The notes beneath the pieces are model-generated. The model was not told the DNA's origin and ran no database searches. It worked only from the letters and a program-made list of their open reading frames with translations. DNA of 64,000 nt from Antedon mediterranea. Lineage: Eukaryota; Animalia; Echinodermata. A program made the position numbers and the translations under genes. The DNA lies in contig NC_092676.1 in NCBI RefSeq assembly GCF_964355755.1, forward strand, positions 12,572,771 through 12,636,770. Reading direction: 5' to 3'. Below, piece after piece: positions 39,401 to 54,500 of the stretch (the first letter of the stretch is position 1; the number at the start of each line of letters is the position of its first letter).

Positions 39401-39830
39401 CTTCAAATCGCATTTAGAGACGTTTTAGACCATTTTGTGCATTTCGAAAAAATTTGTTAACATAAAAAGACCAAAGTGTTTAGAATATCTCCAAATCGCA
39501 TTTGGAGACGTTTTAGACCATTTTGTGCATTTCGATGAAACTTGATTACACAAAAACATCAAAGTGCTTAAAATCACATTTAAAACCGTTTTAGAGCGTT
39601 TTGAGCATTTCGATAAACTTTTCACACAAAAACATCAAAGTGCACAAAATAGCTTCAAATCGCATTTAGAGATGTTTTAGACCATTTTGTGCATTTCGAT
39701 AAAACTTTTCACACAAAAACATCAAATTGCACAAAAAAGCTTAATACCGTGTTTGAAATCGTTTTAAACCAATTTGAGCATGTCGAAAAAACTTTTCACA
39801 CAAAAACATCAAAGTGCACAGAATATCTCC
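36500..39830 (+). repeat. Segment repeated at ~57560-60900 (offset 21,058, then 21,072 across a 14-bp deletion)
   Basis: Markers 37579/58637 and 37885/58943 (21,058), then 39054/60126, 39425/60497 and 39689/60761 (21,072). The 14-bp shift equals the deletion at ~38111. Boundaries are approximate. Confidence 0.82.
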
Positions 39831-42800
39831 AAATCGCATTTGGAGACGTTTTAGACCATTTTGTGCATTTCGATGAAACTTGGTTACACAAAAACATCAA
39901 AGTGCTTAAAATCACATTTGAAACCGTTTTAGAGCATTTTGAGCATTTCGATAATACTTTTCACACAAAACATCAAAGTGTACAAAATAGCTTCAAATCG
40001 CATTTGGAGACGTTTTAGACCATTTTGTGCATTTCGATGAAACTTGGTTACACAAAAACATCAAAGTGCTTAAAATCACATTTGAAACCGTTTTAGACCA
40101 TTTTGAGCATTTCGATAAAACTTTTCACACAAAAAAATCAAAGTGCACAAAATAGCTTCAAATCGCATTTGGGGACGTTTTAGACTATTTTGTGCATTTC
40201 GAAAAAAATTGTTAACATAAAAAGACCAAAGTGTTTAGAATATCTCCAAATCGCATTTGGAGACGTTTTAAACCATTTTGTGCATTTCGATGGAACTTGG
40301 TTACACAAAAACATCAAAGTGCTTAAAATCACATTTAAAACCGTTTTAGAGCATTTTTAGCATTTCGATAAAACTTTTCACACAAAAACATCAAAGTGTA
40401 CAAAATAGCTTCAAATCGCATTTAGAGAGGTTTTAGACAATTTTGTGCATTTCGATAAAACTTTTCACACAAAAACATCAAAGTGTACAAAATAGCTTCA
40501 AATTGCATTTAGAGACGTTTTAGACCATTTTGTGCATTTCGATAAAACTTTTCACACAAAAACATCAAATTGCACAAAATCGTTTTAAACCATTTTAAAT
40601 CGTTTTAAACCATTTTGAGCATGTCGATAAAACTTTTCACAAAAAACATCAAAGTGCACAGAATAGCTTCAAATTGCATTTGGAGACGTTTTAGAGCATT
40701 TTGTGCATTTCGATAAAATGTGTTAACATAAAAAGACCAAAGTGTTTAGAATATCTTCAAATCACATTTGGAGACGTTTTAGACCATTTTTTGCATTTCG
40801 ATGAAACTTGGTTACACAAAAACATCAAAGTGCTTAAAATCACATTTGAAACCGTTTTAGAGCATTTTGAGCATTTCGATAAAACTTTTCACACAAAAAC
40901 ATCAAAGTGTACAAAATAGCTTCAAATCGCATTTAGAGACGTTTTAGACCATTTTTTGCATTTCGATGAAACTTGGTTACACAAAAACATCAAAGTGCTT
41001 AAAATCACATTTAAAACCGTTTTAGAGCATTTTTAGCATTTCGATAAAACTTTTCACACAAAAACATCAAAGTGTACAAAATAGCTTCAAATCGCATTTA
41101 GAGAGGTTTTAGACAATTTTGTGCATTTCGATAAAACTTTTCACACAAAAACATCAAAGTGTACAAAATAGCTTCAAATTGAATTTAGAGACGTTTTAGA
41201 CCATTTTTTGCATTTCGATAAAACTTTTCACACAAAAACATCAAATTGCACAAAATCGTTTTAAACCATTTTAAATCGTTTTAAACCATTTTGAGCATTT
41301 CGATAAAACTTTTCACAAAAAACATCAAAGTGCACAGAATAGCTTCAAATTGCATTTGGAGACGTTTTAGAGCATTTTGTGCATTTCGATAAAATGTGTT
41401 AACATAAAAAGACCAAAGTGTTTAGAATATCTTCAAATCACATTTGGAGACGTTTTAGACCATTTTTTGCATTTCGATGAAACTTGGTTACACAAAAACA
41501 TCAAAGTGCTTAAAATCACATTTGAAACCGTTTTAGAGCATTTTGAGCATTTCGATAAAACTTTTCACACAAAAACATCAAAGTGTACAAAATAGCTTCA
41601 AATCGCATTTAGAGACGTTTTAGACCATTTTGTGCATTTCGAAAAAATTTGTTAACATAAAAAGACCAAAGTGTTTAGAATATCTCCAAATCGCATTTGG
41701 AGACGTTTTAGACCATTTTGTGCATTTCGATGAAACTTGGTTACACAAAAACATCAAAGTGCTTAAAATCACATTTGAAACCGTTTTAGAGCATTTTTAG
41801 CATTTCGATAATACTTTTCACACAAAAACATCAAAGTGTACAAAATAGCTTCAAATCGCATTTGGAGACGTTTTAGACCATTTTGTGCATTTCGAAAAAA
41901 TTTGTTAACATAAAAAGACCAAAGTGTTTAGAATATCTCCAAATCGCATTTGGAGACGTTTTAGACCATTTTGTGCATTTCGATGAAACTTGGTTACACA
42001 AAAACATCAAAGTGCTTAAAATCACATTTGAAACCGTTTTAGAGCATTTTTAGCATTTCGATAATACTTTTCACACAAAAACATCAAAGTGTACAAAATA
42101 GCTTCAAATCGCATTTGGAGACGTTTTAGACCATTTTGTGCATTTCGATGAAACTTGGTTACACAAAAACATCAAAGTGCTTAAAATCACATTTGAAACC
42201 GTTTTAGACCATTTTGAGCATTTCGATAAAACTTTTCACACAAAAAAATCAAAGTGCACAAAATAGCTTCAAATCGCATTTGGAGACGTTTTAGACTATT
42301 TTGTGCATTTTGAAAAAATTTGTTAACATAAAAAGACCAAAGTGTTTAGAATATCTCCAAATCGCATTTGGAGACGTTTTAGACCATTTTGTGCATTTCA
42401 ATGAAACTTGGTTACACAAAAACATCAAAGTGCTTAAAATCACATTTGAAACCGTTTTAGAGCATTTTTAGCATTTCGATAATACTTTTCACACAAAAAC
42501 ATCAAAGTGTACAAAATAGCTTCAAATCGCATTTAGAGAGGTTTTAGACCATTTTGTGCATTTCGATAAAACTTTTCACACAAAAACATCAAAGTGTACA
42601 AAATAGCTTCAAATCGCATTTAGAGACGTTTTAGACCATTTTGTGCATTTCGATAAAACTTTTCACACAAAAACATCAAATTGCACAAAATAGCTTAATA
42701 CCGTGTTTGAAATCGTTTTAAACCATTTTGAGCATGTCGATAAAACTTTTCACAAAAAAACATCAAAGTGTTTAGAATATCTCCAAATCGCATTTGGAGA

Positions 42801-45800
42801 CGTTTTAGACCATTTTGTGCATTTCGATGAAACTTGGTTACACAAAAACATCAAAGTGCTTAAAATCACATTTGAAACCGTTTTAGAGCATTTTGAGCAT
42901 TTCGATAAAACTTTTCAAACAAAAACATCAAAGTGTACAAAATAGCTTCAAATCACATTTGAAACCGTTTTAGACCATTTTGAGCATTTCGATAAAACTT
43001 TTCACACAAAAACATCAAAGTGTACAAAATAGCTTCAAATCGCATTTGGAGACGTTTTAGACCATTTTGTGCATTTCGATGAAACTTGGTTACACAAAAA
43101 CATCAAAGTGCTTAAAATCACATTTGAAACCGTTTTAGAGCATTTTTAGCATTTCGATAATACTTTTCACACAAAACATCAAAGTGTACAAAATAGCTTC
43201 AAATCGCATTTGGAGACGTTTTAGACCATTTTGTGCATTTCGATGAAACTTGGTTACACAAAAACATCAAAGTGCTTAAAATCACATTTGAAACCGTTTT
43301 AGACCATTTTGAGCATTTCGATAAAACTTTTCACACAAAAAAATCAAAGTGCACAAAATAGCTTCAAATCGCATTTGGGGACGTTTTAGACTATTTTGTG
43401 CATTTCGAAAAAAATTGTTAACATAAAAAGACCAAAGTGTTTAGAATATCTCCAAATCGCATTTGGAGACGTTTTAAACCATTTTGTGCATTTCGATGGA
43501 ACTTGGTTACACAAAAACATCAAAGTGCTTAAAATCACATTTAAAACCGTTTTAGAGCATTTTTAGCATTTCGATAAAACTTTTCACACAAAAACATCAA
43601 AGTGTACAAAATAGCTTCAAATCGCATTTAGAGAGGTTTTAGACAATTTTGTGCATTTCGATAAAACTTTTCACACAAAAACATCAAAGTGTACAAAATA
43701 GCTTCAAATTGCATTTAGAGACGTTTTAGACCATTTTGTGCATTTCGATAAAACTTTTCACACAAAAACATCAAATTGCACAAAATCGTTTTAAACCATT
43801 TTAAATCGTTTTAAACCATTTTGAGCATGTCGATAAAACTTTTCACAAAAAACATCAAAGTGCACAGAATAGCTTCAAATTGCATTTGGAGACGTTTTAG
43901 AGCATTTTGTGCATTTCGATAAAATGTGTTAACATAAAAAGACCAAAGTGTTTAGAATATCTTCAAATCACATTTGGAGACGTTTTAGACCATTTTTTGC
44001 ATTTCGATGAAACTTGGTTACACAAAAACATCAAAGTGCTTAAAATCACATTTGAAACCGTTTTAGAGCATTTTGAGCATTTCGATAAAACTTTTCACAC
44101 AAAAACATCAAAGTGTACAAAATAGCTTCAAATCGCATTTAGAGACGTTTTAGACCATTTTTTGCATTTCGATGAAACTTGGTTACACAAAAACATCAAA
44201 GTGCTTAAAATCACATTTAAAACCGTTTTAGAGCATTTTTAGCATTTCGATAAAACTTTTCACACAAAAACATCAAAGTGTACAAAATAGCTTCAAATCG
44301 CATTTAGAGAGGTTTTAGACAATTTTGTGCATTTCGATAAAACTTTTCACACAAAAACATCAAAGTGTACAAAATAGCTTCAAATTGCATTTAGAGACGT
44401 TTTAGACCATTTTGTGCATTTCGATAAAACTTTTCACACAAAAACATCAAATTGCACAAAATCGTTTTAAACCATTTTAAATCGTTTTAAACCATTTTGA
44501 GCATTTCGATAAAACTTTTCACAAAAAACATCAAAGTGCACAGAATAGCTTCAAATTGCATTTGGAGACGTTTTAGAGCATTTTGTGCATTTCGATAAAA
44601 TGTGTTAACATAAAAAGACCAAAGTGTTTAGAATATCTTCAAATCACATTTGGAGACGTTTTAGACCATTTTTTGCATTTCGATGAAACTTGGTTACACA
44701 AAAACATCAAAGTGCTTAAAATTACATTTGAAACCGTTTTAGAGCATTTTGAGCATTTCGATAAAACTTTTCACACAAAAACATCAAAGTGTACAAAATA
44801 GCTTCAAATCGCATTTAGAGACGTTTTAGACCATTTTGTGCATTTCGAAAAAATTTGTTAACATAAAAAGACCAAAGTGTTTAGAATATCTCCAAATCGC
44901 ATTTGGAGACGTTTTAGACCATTTTGTGCATTTCGATGAAACTTGGTTACACAAAAACATCAAAGTGCTTAAAATCACATTTGAAACCGTTTTAGAGCAT
45001 TTTTAGCATTTCGATAATACTTTTCACACAAAAACATCAAAGTGTACAAAATAGCTTCAAATCGCATTTGGAGACGTTTTAGACCATTTTGTGCATTTCG
45101 ATGAAACTTGGTTACACAAAAACATCAAAGTGCTTAAAATCACATTTGAAACCGTTTTAGACCATTTTGAGCATTTCGATAAAACTTTTCACACAAAAAA
45201 ATCAAAGTGCACAAAATAGCTTCAAATCGCATTTGGAGACGTTTTAGACTATTTTGTGCATTTTGAAAAAATTTGTTAACATAAAAAGACCAAAGTGTTT
45301 AGAATATCTCCAAATCGCATTTGGAGACGTTTTAAACCATTTTGTGCATTTCGATGGAACTTGGTTACACAAAAACATCAAAGTGCTTAAAATCACATTT
45401 AAAACCGTTTTAGAGCATTTTGAGCATTTCGATAAAACTTTTCACACAAAAACATCAAAGTGTACAAAATAGCTTCAAATCGCATATAGAGACGTTTTAG
45501 ACCATTTTGTGCATTTCGATAAAACTTTTCACACAAAAACATCAAATTGCACAAATAGCTTAATACCGTGTTTGAAATCGTTTTAAACCATTTTGAGCAT
45601 GTCGATAAAACTTTTCACAAAAAAACATCAAAGTGCACAGAATAGCTTCAAATCGCATTTGGAGACGTTTTAAACCATTTTGTGCATTTCGATAAAACTT
45701 TTCACATAAAAACAACAAAGTGTACAAAATAGCTTCAAATCGCATTTGGAGACGTTTTAGACCATTTTTTGCATTTCGATGAAACTCATCAAAGTGCTTA

Positions 45801-48518
45801 AAATCACATTTGAAACCGTTTTAGAGCATTTTGAGCATTTCGATAAAACTTTTCACACAAAAACATCAAAGTGTACAAAATAGCTTCAAATCACATTTGA
45901 AACCGTTTTAGACCATATTGAGCATTTCGATAAAACTTTTCACACAAAAACATCAAAGTGTACAAAATAGCTTCAAATCGCATTTGGAGACGTTTTAGAC
46001 CATTTTGTGTATTTCGATGAAACTTGGTTACACAAAAACATCAAAGTGCTTAAATTCACATTTGAAAGCGTTTTAGAGCATTTTTAGCATTTCGATAATA
46101 CTTTTCACACAAAAACATCAAAGTGTACAAAATAGCTTCAAATCGCATTTGGAGACGTTTTAGACCATTTTGTGCATTTCGATGAAACTTGGTTACACAA
46201 AAACATCAAAGTGCTTAAAATCACATTTAAAACAGTTTTAGAGCATTTTGAGCATTTCGATAAAACTTTTCACACAAAAACATCAAAGTGTACAAAATAG
46301 CTTCAAATCGCATTTAAAGAGGTTTTAGACCATTTTGTGCATTTCGATAAAACGTTTCACACAAAAACATCAAAGTGTACAAAATAGCTTCAAATCGCAT
46401 TTAGAGACGTTTTAGACCATCTTGTGCATTTCGATAAAACTTTTCACACAAAAACATCAAATTGCACAAAATAGCTTAATATCGTGTTTGAAAACGTTTT
46501 AAACCATTTTGAGCATGTCGATAAAACTTTTCACACAAAAATATCAAAGTGCACAGAATATCTTCAAATCGCATTTAGAGACGTTTTAGACCATTTTGTG
46601 CATTTCGAAAAAATTTGTTAACATAAAAAGACCAAAGTGTTTAGAATATCTCCAAATCGCATTTGGAGACGTTTTAGACCATTTTGTGTTTTTCGAAAAA
46701 ACTTTTCACACAAAAACATCAAAGTGTACAAAATTGCTTCAAATCGCATTTGGAGACGTTTTAGACCATTTTGTGATTTTCGAAAAACTTTTCACACAAA
46801 AACATCAAAGTGTAGAAAATTGCTTCAAATCGCATTTAGAGATGTTTTAGACCATTTTGTGCATTTCGAAAAAATTTGTTAACATAAAAAGACCAAAGTG
46901 TTTAGAATATTTCCAAATCGCATTTGGAGACGTTTTAGACCATTTTGTGCATTTCGATGAAACTTGGTTACACAAAAACATCAAAGTGCTTAAAATCACA
47001 TTTAAAACCGTTTTAGAGCGTTTTGAGCATTTCGATAAACTTTTCACACAAAAACATCAAAGTGCACAAAATAGCATTTAGAGATGTTTTAGACCATTTT
47101 GTGCATTTCGATAAAACTTTTCACACAAAAACATCAAATTGCACAAAAAAGCTTAATACCGTGTTTGAAATCGTTTTAAACCAATTTGAGCATGTCGATA
47201 AAACTTTTCACACAAAAACATCAAAGTGCACAGAATATCTTCAAATCGCATTTAGAGACGTTTTAGACCATTTTGTGCATTTCGAAAAAATTTGTTAACA
47301 TAAAAAGACCAAAGTGTTTAGAATATCTCCAAATCGCATTTGGAGACGTTTTAAACCATTTTGTGCATTTCGATGGAACTTGGTTACACAAAAACATCAA
47401 AGTGCTTAAAATCACATTTGAAAGCGTTTTAGAGCATTTTTAGCATTTCGATAATACTTTTCACACAAAAACATCAAAGTGTACAGAATAGCTTCAAATC
47501 GCATTTGGAGACGTTTTAGACCATTTTGTGCATTTCGATGAAACTTGGTTACACAAAAACATCAAAGTGCTTAAAATCACATTTGAAACCGTTTTAGAGC
47601 ATTTTTAACATTTCGATAATACTTTTCACACAAAAACATCAAAGTGTACAAAATAGCTTCAAATCGCATTTGGAGACGTTTTAGACCATTTTGTGCATTT
47701 CGATGAAACTTGGTTACACAAAAACATCAAAGTGCTTAAAATCACATTTGAAAGCGTTTTAGAGCATTTTTAGCATTTCGATAATACTTTTCACACAAAA
47801 ACATCAAAGTGCACAAAATAGCTTCAAATCGCATTTAGAGATGTTTTAGACCATTTTGTGCATTTCGATAAAACTTTTCACACAAAAACATCAAATTGCA
47901 CAAAATAGCTTAATACCGTGTTTGAAATCATTTTAAACCATTTTGAGCATGTCGATAAAACTTTTCACACAAAAACATCAAAGTTTTTAGAATATCTCCA
48001 AATCGCATTTGGAGACGTTTTAGACCATTTTGTGCATTTCGATGAAACTTGGTTACACAAAAACATCAAAGTGCTTAAAATCACATTTGAAACCGTTTTA
48101 GAGCATTTTGAGCATTTCGATAAAACTTTTCAAACAAAAACATCAAAGTGTACAAAATAGCTTCAAATCACATTTGAAACCGTTTTAGACCATTTTGAGC
48201 ATTTCGATAAAACTTTTCACACAAAAACATCAAAGTGTACAAAATAGCTTCAAATCGCATTTGGAGACGTTTTAGACCATTTTGTGCATTTCGATGAAAC
48301 TTGGTTACACAAAAACATCAAAGTGCTTAAAATCACATTTGAAACCGTTTTAGAGCATTTTTAGCATTTCGATAACACTTTTCACACAAAACATCAAAGT
48401 GTACAAAATAGCTTCAAATCGCATTTGGAGACGTTTTAGACCATTTTGTGCATTTCGATGAAACTTGGTTACACAAAAACATCAAAGTGCTTAAAATCAC
48501 ATTTGAAACCGTTTTAGA
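38840..48518 (+). repeat. Copy 2 of the 38,839-bp-offset segment
   Basis: The sequence at 38840 (aatacttttc...) matches position 1; the match breaks at 9680/48519 (gagc vs gacc). One visible SNP is caagaac at ~9131 vs caaaaac. Confidence 0.93.
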
Positions 48519-51500
48519 CCATTTTGAGCATTTCGATAAAACTTTTCACACAAAAAAATCAAAGTGCACAAAATAGCTTCAAATCGCATTTGGGGACGTT
48601 TTAGACTATTTTGTGCATTTCGAAAAAAATTGTTAACATAAAAAGACCAAAGTGTTTAGAATATCTCCAAATCGCATTTGGAGACGTTTTAAACCATTTT
48701 GTGCATTTCGATGGAACTTGGTTACACAAAAACATCAAAGTGCTTAAAATCACATTTAAAACCGTTTTAGAGCATTTTTAGCATTTCGATAAAACTTTTC
48801 ACACAAAAACATCAAAGTGTACAAAATAGCTTCAAATCGCATTTAGAGAGGTTTTAGACAATTTTGTGCATTTCGATAAAACTTTTCACACAAAAACATC
48901 AAAGTGTACAAAATAGCTTCAAATTGCATTTAGAGACGTTTTAGACCATTTTGTGCATTTCGATAAAACTTTTCACACAAAAACATCAAATTGCACAAAA
49001 TCGTTTTAAACCATTTTAAATCGTTTTAAACCATTTTGAGCATGTCGATAAAACTTTTCACAAAAAACATCAAAGTGCACAGAATAGCTTCAAATTGCAT
49101 TTGGAGACGTTTTAGAGCATTTTGTGCATTTCGATAAAATGTGTTAACATAAAAAGACCAAAGTGTTTAGAATATCTTCAAATCACATTTGGAGACGTTT
49201 TAGACCATTTTTTGCATTTCGATGAAACTTGGTTACACAAAAACATCAAAGTGCTTAAAATCACATTTGAAACCGTTTTAGAGCATTTTGAGCATTTCGA
49301 TAAAACTTTTCACACAAAAACATCAAAGTGTACAAAATAGCTTCAAATCGCATTTAGAGACGTTTTAGACCATTTTTTGCATTTCGATGAAACTTGGTTA
49401 CACAAAAACATCAAAGTGCTTAAAATCACATTTAAAACCGTTTTAGAGCATTTTTAGCATTTCGATAAAACTTTTCACACAAAAACATCAAAGTGTACAA
49501 AATAGCTTCAAATCGCATTTAGAGAGGTTTTAGACAATTTTGTGCATTTCGATAAAACTTTTCACACAAAAACATCAAAGTGTACAAAATAGCTTCAAAT
49601 TGAATTTAGAGACGTTTTAGACCATTTTTTGCATTTCGATAAAACTTTTCACACAAAAACATCAAATTGCACAAAATCGTTTTAAACCATTTTAAATCGT
49701 TTTAAACCATTTTGAGCATTTCGATAAAACTTTTCACAAAAAACATCAAAGTGCACAGAATAGCTTCAAATTGCATTTGGAGACGTTTTAGAGCATTTTG
49801 TGCATTTCGATAAAATGTGTTAACATAAAAAGACCAAAGTGTTTAGAATATCTTCAAATCACATTTGGAGACGTTTTAGACCATTTTTTGCATTTCGATG
49901 AAACTTGGTTACACAAAAACATCAAAGTGCTTAAAATCACATTTGAAACCGTTTTAGAGCATTTTGAGCATTTCGATAAAACTTTTCACACAAAAACATC
50001 AAAGTGTACAAAATAGCTTCAAATCGCATTTAGAGACGTTTTAGACCATTTTGTGCATTTCGAAAAAATTTGTTAACATAAAAAGACCAAAGTGTTTAGA
50101 ATATCTCCAAATCGCATTTGGAGACGTTTTAGACCATTTTGTGCATTTCGATGAAACTTGGTTACACAAAAACATCAAAGTGCTTAAAATCACATTTGAA
50201 ACCGTTTTAGAGCATTTTTAGCATTTCGATAATACTTTTCACACAAAAACATCAAAGTGTACAAAATAGCTTCAAATCGCATTTGGAGACGTTTTAGACC
50301 ATTTTGTGCATTTCGAAAAAATTTGTTAACATAAAAAGACCAAAGTGTTTAGAATATCTCCAAATCGCATTTGGAGACGTTTTAGACCATTTTGTGCATT
50401 TCGATGAAACTTGGTTACACAAAAACATCAAAGTGCTTAAAATCACATTTGAAACCGTTTTAGAGCATTTTTAGCATTTCGATAATACTTTTCACACAAA
50501 AACATCAAAGTGTACAAAATAGCTTCAAATCGCATTTGGAGACGTTTTAGACCATTTTGTGCATTTCGATGAAACTTGGTTACACAAAAACATCAAAGTG
50601 CTTAAAATCACATTTGAAACCGTTTTAGACCATTTTGAGCATTTCGATAAAACTTTTCACACAAAAAAATCAAAGTGCACAAAATAGCTTCAAATCGCAT
50701 TTGGAGACGTTTTAGACTATTTTGTGCATTTTGAAAAAATTTGTTAACATAAAAAGACCAAAGTGTTTAGAATATCTCCAAATCGCATTTGGAGACGTTT
50801 TAGACCATTTTGTGCATTTCAATGAAACTTGGTTACACAAAAACATCAAAGTGCTTAAAATCACATTTGAAACCGTTTTAGAGCATTTTTAGCATTTCGA
50901 TAATACTTTTCACACAAAAACATCAAAGTGTACAAAATAGCTTCAAATCGCATTTAGAGAGGTTTTAGACCATTTTGTGCATTTCGATAAAACTTTTCAC
51001 ACAAAAACATCAAAGTGTACAAAATAGCTTCAAATCGCATTTAGAGACGTTTTAGACCATTTTGTGCATTTCGATAAAACTTTTCACACAAAAACATCAA
51101 ATTGCACAAAATAGCTTAATACCGTGTTTGAAATCGTTTTAAACCATTTTGAGCATGTCGATAAAACTTTTCACAAAAAAACATCAAAGTGTTTAGAATA
51201 TCTCCAAATCGCATTTGGAGACGTTTTAGACCATTTTGTGCATTTCGATGAAACTTGGTTACACAAAAACATCAAAGTGCTTAAAATCACATTTGAAACC
51301 GTTTTAGAGCATTTTGAGCATTTCGATAAAACTTTTCAAACAAAAACATCAAAGTGTACAAAATAGCTTCAAATCACATTTGAAACCGTTTTAGACCATT
51401 TTGAGCATTTCGATAAAACTTTTCACACAAAAACATCAAAGTGTACAAAATAGCTTCAAATCGCATTTGGAGACGTTTTAGACCATTTTGTGCATTTCGA

Positions 51501-54500
51501 TGAAACTTGGTTACACAAAAACATCAAAGTGCTTAAAATCACATTTGAAACCGTTTTAGAGCATTTTTAGCATTTCGATAATACTTTTCACACAAAACAT
51601 CAAAGTGTACAAAATAGCTTCAAATCGCATTTGGAGACGTTTTAGACCATTTTGTGCATTTCGATGAAACTTGGTTACACAAAAACATCAAAGTGCTTAA
51701 AATCACATTTGAAACCGTTTTAGACCATTTTGAGCATTTCGAAAAAACTTTTCACACAAAAAAATCAAAGTGCACAAAATAGCTTCAAATCGCATTTGGG
51801 GACGTTTTAGACTATTTTGTGCATTTCGAAAAAAATTGTTAACATAAAAAGACCAAAGTGTTTAGAATATCTCCAAATCGCATTTGGAGACGTTTTAAAC
51901 CATTTTGTGCATTTCGATGGAACTTGGTTACACAAAAACATCAAAGTGCTTAAAATCACATTTAAAACCGTTTTAGAGCATTTTTAGCATTTCGATAAAA
52001 CTTTTCACACAAAAACATCAAAGTGTACAAAATAGCTTCAAATCGCATTTAGAGAGGTTTTAGACAATTTTGTGCATTTCGATAAAACTTTTCACACAAA
52101 AACATCAAAGTGTACAAAATAGCTTCAAATTGCATTTAGAGACGTTTTAGACCATTTTGTGCATTTCGATAAAACTTTTCACACAAAAACATCAAATTGC
52201 ACAAAATCGTTTTAAACCATTTTAAATCGTTTTAAACCATTTTGAGCATGTCGATAAAACTTTTCACAAAAAACATCAAAGTGCACAGAATAGCTTCAAA
52301 TTGCATTTGGAGACGTTTTAGAGCATTTTGTGCATTTCGATAAAATGTGTTAACATAAAAAGACCAAAGTGTTTAGAATATCTTCAAATCACATTTGGAG
52401 ACGTTTTAGACCATTTTTTGCATTTCGATGAAACTTGGTTACACAAAAACATCAAAGTGCTTAAAATCACATTTGAAACCGTTTTAGAGCATTTTGAGCA
52501 TTTCGATAAAACTTTTCACACAAAAACATCAAAGTGTACAAAATAGCTTCAAATCGCATTTAGAGACGTTTTAGACCATTTTTTGCATTTCGATGAAACT
52601 TGGTTACACAAAAACATCAAAGTGCTTAAAATCACATTTAAAACCGTTTTAGAGCATTTTTAGCATTTCGATAAAACTTTTCACACAAAAACATCAAAGT
52701 GTACAAAATAGCTTCAAATCGCATTTAGAGAGGTTTTAGACAATTTTGTGCATTTCGATAAAACTTTTCACACAAAAACATCAAAGTGTACAAAATAGCT
52801 TCAAATTGCATTTAGAGACGTTTTAGACCATTTTGTGCATTTCGATAAAACTTTTCACACAAAAACATCAAATTGCACAAAATCGTTTTAAACCATTTTA
52901 AATCGTTTTAAACCATTTTGAGCATTTCGATAAAACTTTTCACAAAAAACATCAAAGTGCACAGAATAGCTTCAAATTGCATTTGGAGACGTTTTAGAGC
53001 ATTTTGTGCATTTCGATAAAATGTGTTAACATAAAAAGACCAAAGTGTTTAGAATATCTTCAAATCACATTTGGAGACGTTTTAGACCATTTTTTGCATT
53101 TCGATGAAACTTGGTTACACAAAAACATCAAAGTGCTTAAAATTACATTTGAAACCGTTTTAGAGCATTTTGAGCATTTCGATAAAACTTTTCACACAAA
53201 AACATCAAAGTGTACAAAATAGCTTCAAATCGCATTTAGAGACGTTTTAGACCATTTTGTGCATTTCGAAAAAATTTGTTAACATAAAAAGACCAAAGTG
53301 TTTAGAATATCTCCAAATCGCATTTGGAGACGTTTTAGACCATTTTGTGCATTTCGATGAAACTTGGTTACACAAAAACATCAAAGTGCTTAAAATCACA
53401 TTTGAAACCGTTTTAGAGCATTTTTAGCATTTCGATAATACTTTTCACACAAAAACATCAAAGTGTACAAAATAGCTTCAAATCGCATTTGGAGACGTTT
53501 TAGACCATTTTGTGCATTTCGATGAAACTTGGTTACACAAAAACATCAAAGTGCTTAAAATCACATTTGAAACCGTTTTAGACCATTTTGAGCATTTCGA
53601 TAAAACTTTTCACACAAAAAAATCAAAGTGCACAAAATAGCTTCAAATCGCATTTGGAGACGTTTTAGACTATTTTGTGCATTTTGAAAAAATTTGTTAA
53701 CATAAAAAGACCAAAGTGTTTAGAATATCTCCAAATCGCATTTGGAGACGTTTTAAACCATTTTGTGCATTTCGATGGAACTTGGTTACACAAAAACATC
53801 AAAGTGCTTAAAATCAAATTTAAAACCGTTTTAGAGCATTTTGAGCATTTCGATAAAACTTTTCACACAAAAACATCAAAGTGTACAAAATAGCTTCAAA
53901 TCGCATATAGAGACGTTTTAGACCATTTTGTGCATTTCGATAAAACTTTTCACACAAAAACATCAAATTGCACAAATAGCTTAATACCGTGTTTGAAATC
54001 GTTTTAAACCATTTTGAGCATGTCGATAAAACTTTTCACAAAAAAACATCAAAGTGCACAGAATAGCTTCAAATCGCATTTGGAGACGTTTTAAACCATT
54101 TTGTGCATTTCGATAAAACTTTTCACATAAAAACAACAAAGTGTACAAAATAGCTTCAAATCGCATTTGGAGACGTTTTAGACCATTTTTTGCATTTCGA
54201 TGAAACTCATCAAAGTGCTTAAAATCACATTTGAAACCGTTTTAGAGCATTTTGAGCATTTCGATAAAACTTTTCACACAAAAACATCAAAGTGTACAAA
54301 ATAGCTTCAAATCACATTTGAAACCGTTTTAGACCATATTGAGCATTTCGATAAAACTTTTCACACAAAAACATCAAAGTGTACAAAATAGCTTCAAATC
54401 GCATTTGGAGACGTTTTAGACCATTTTGTGTATTTCGATGAAACTTGGTTACACAAAAACATCAAAGTGCTTAAAATCACATTTGAAAGCGTTTTAGAGC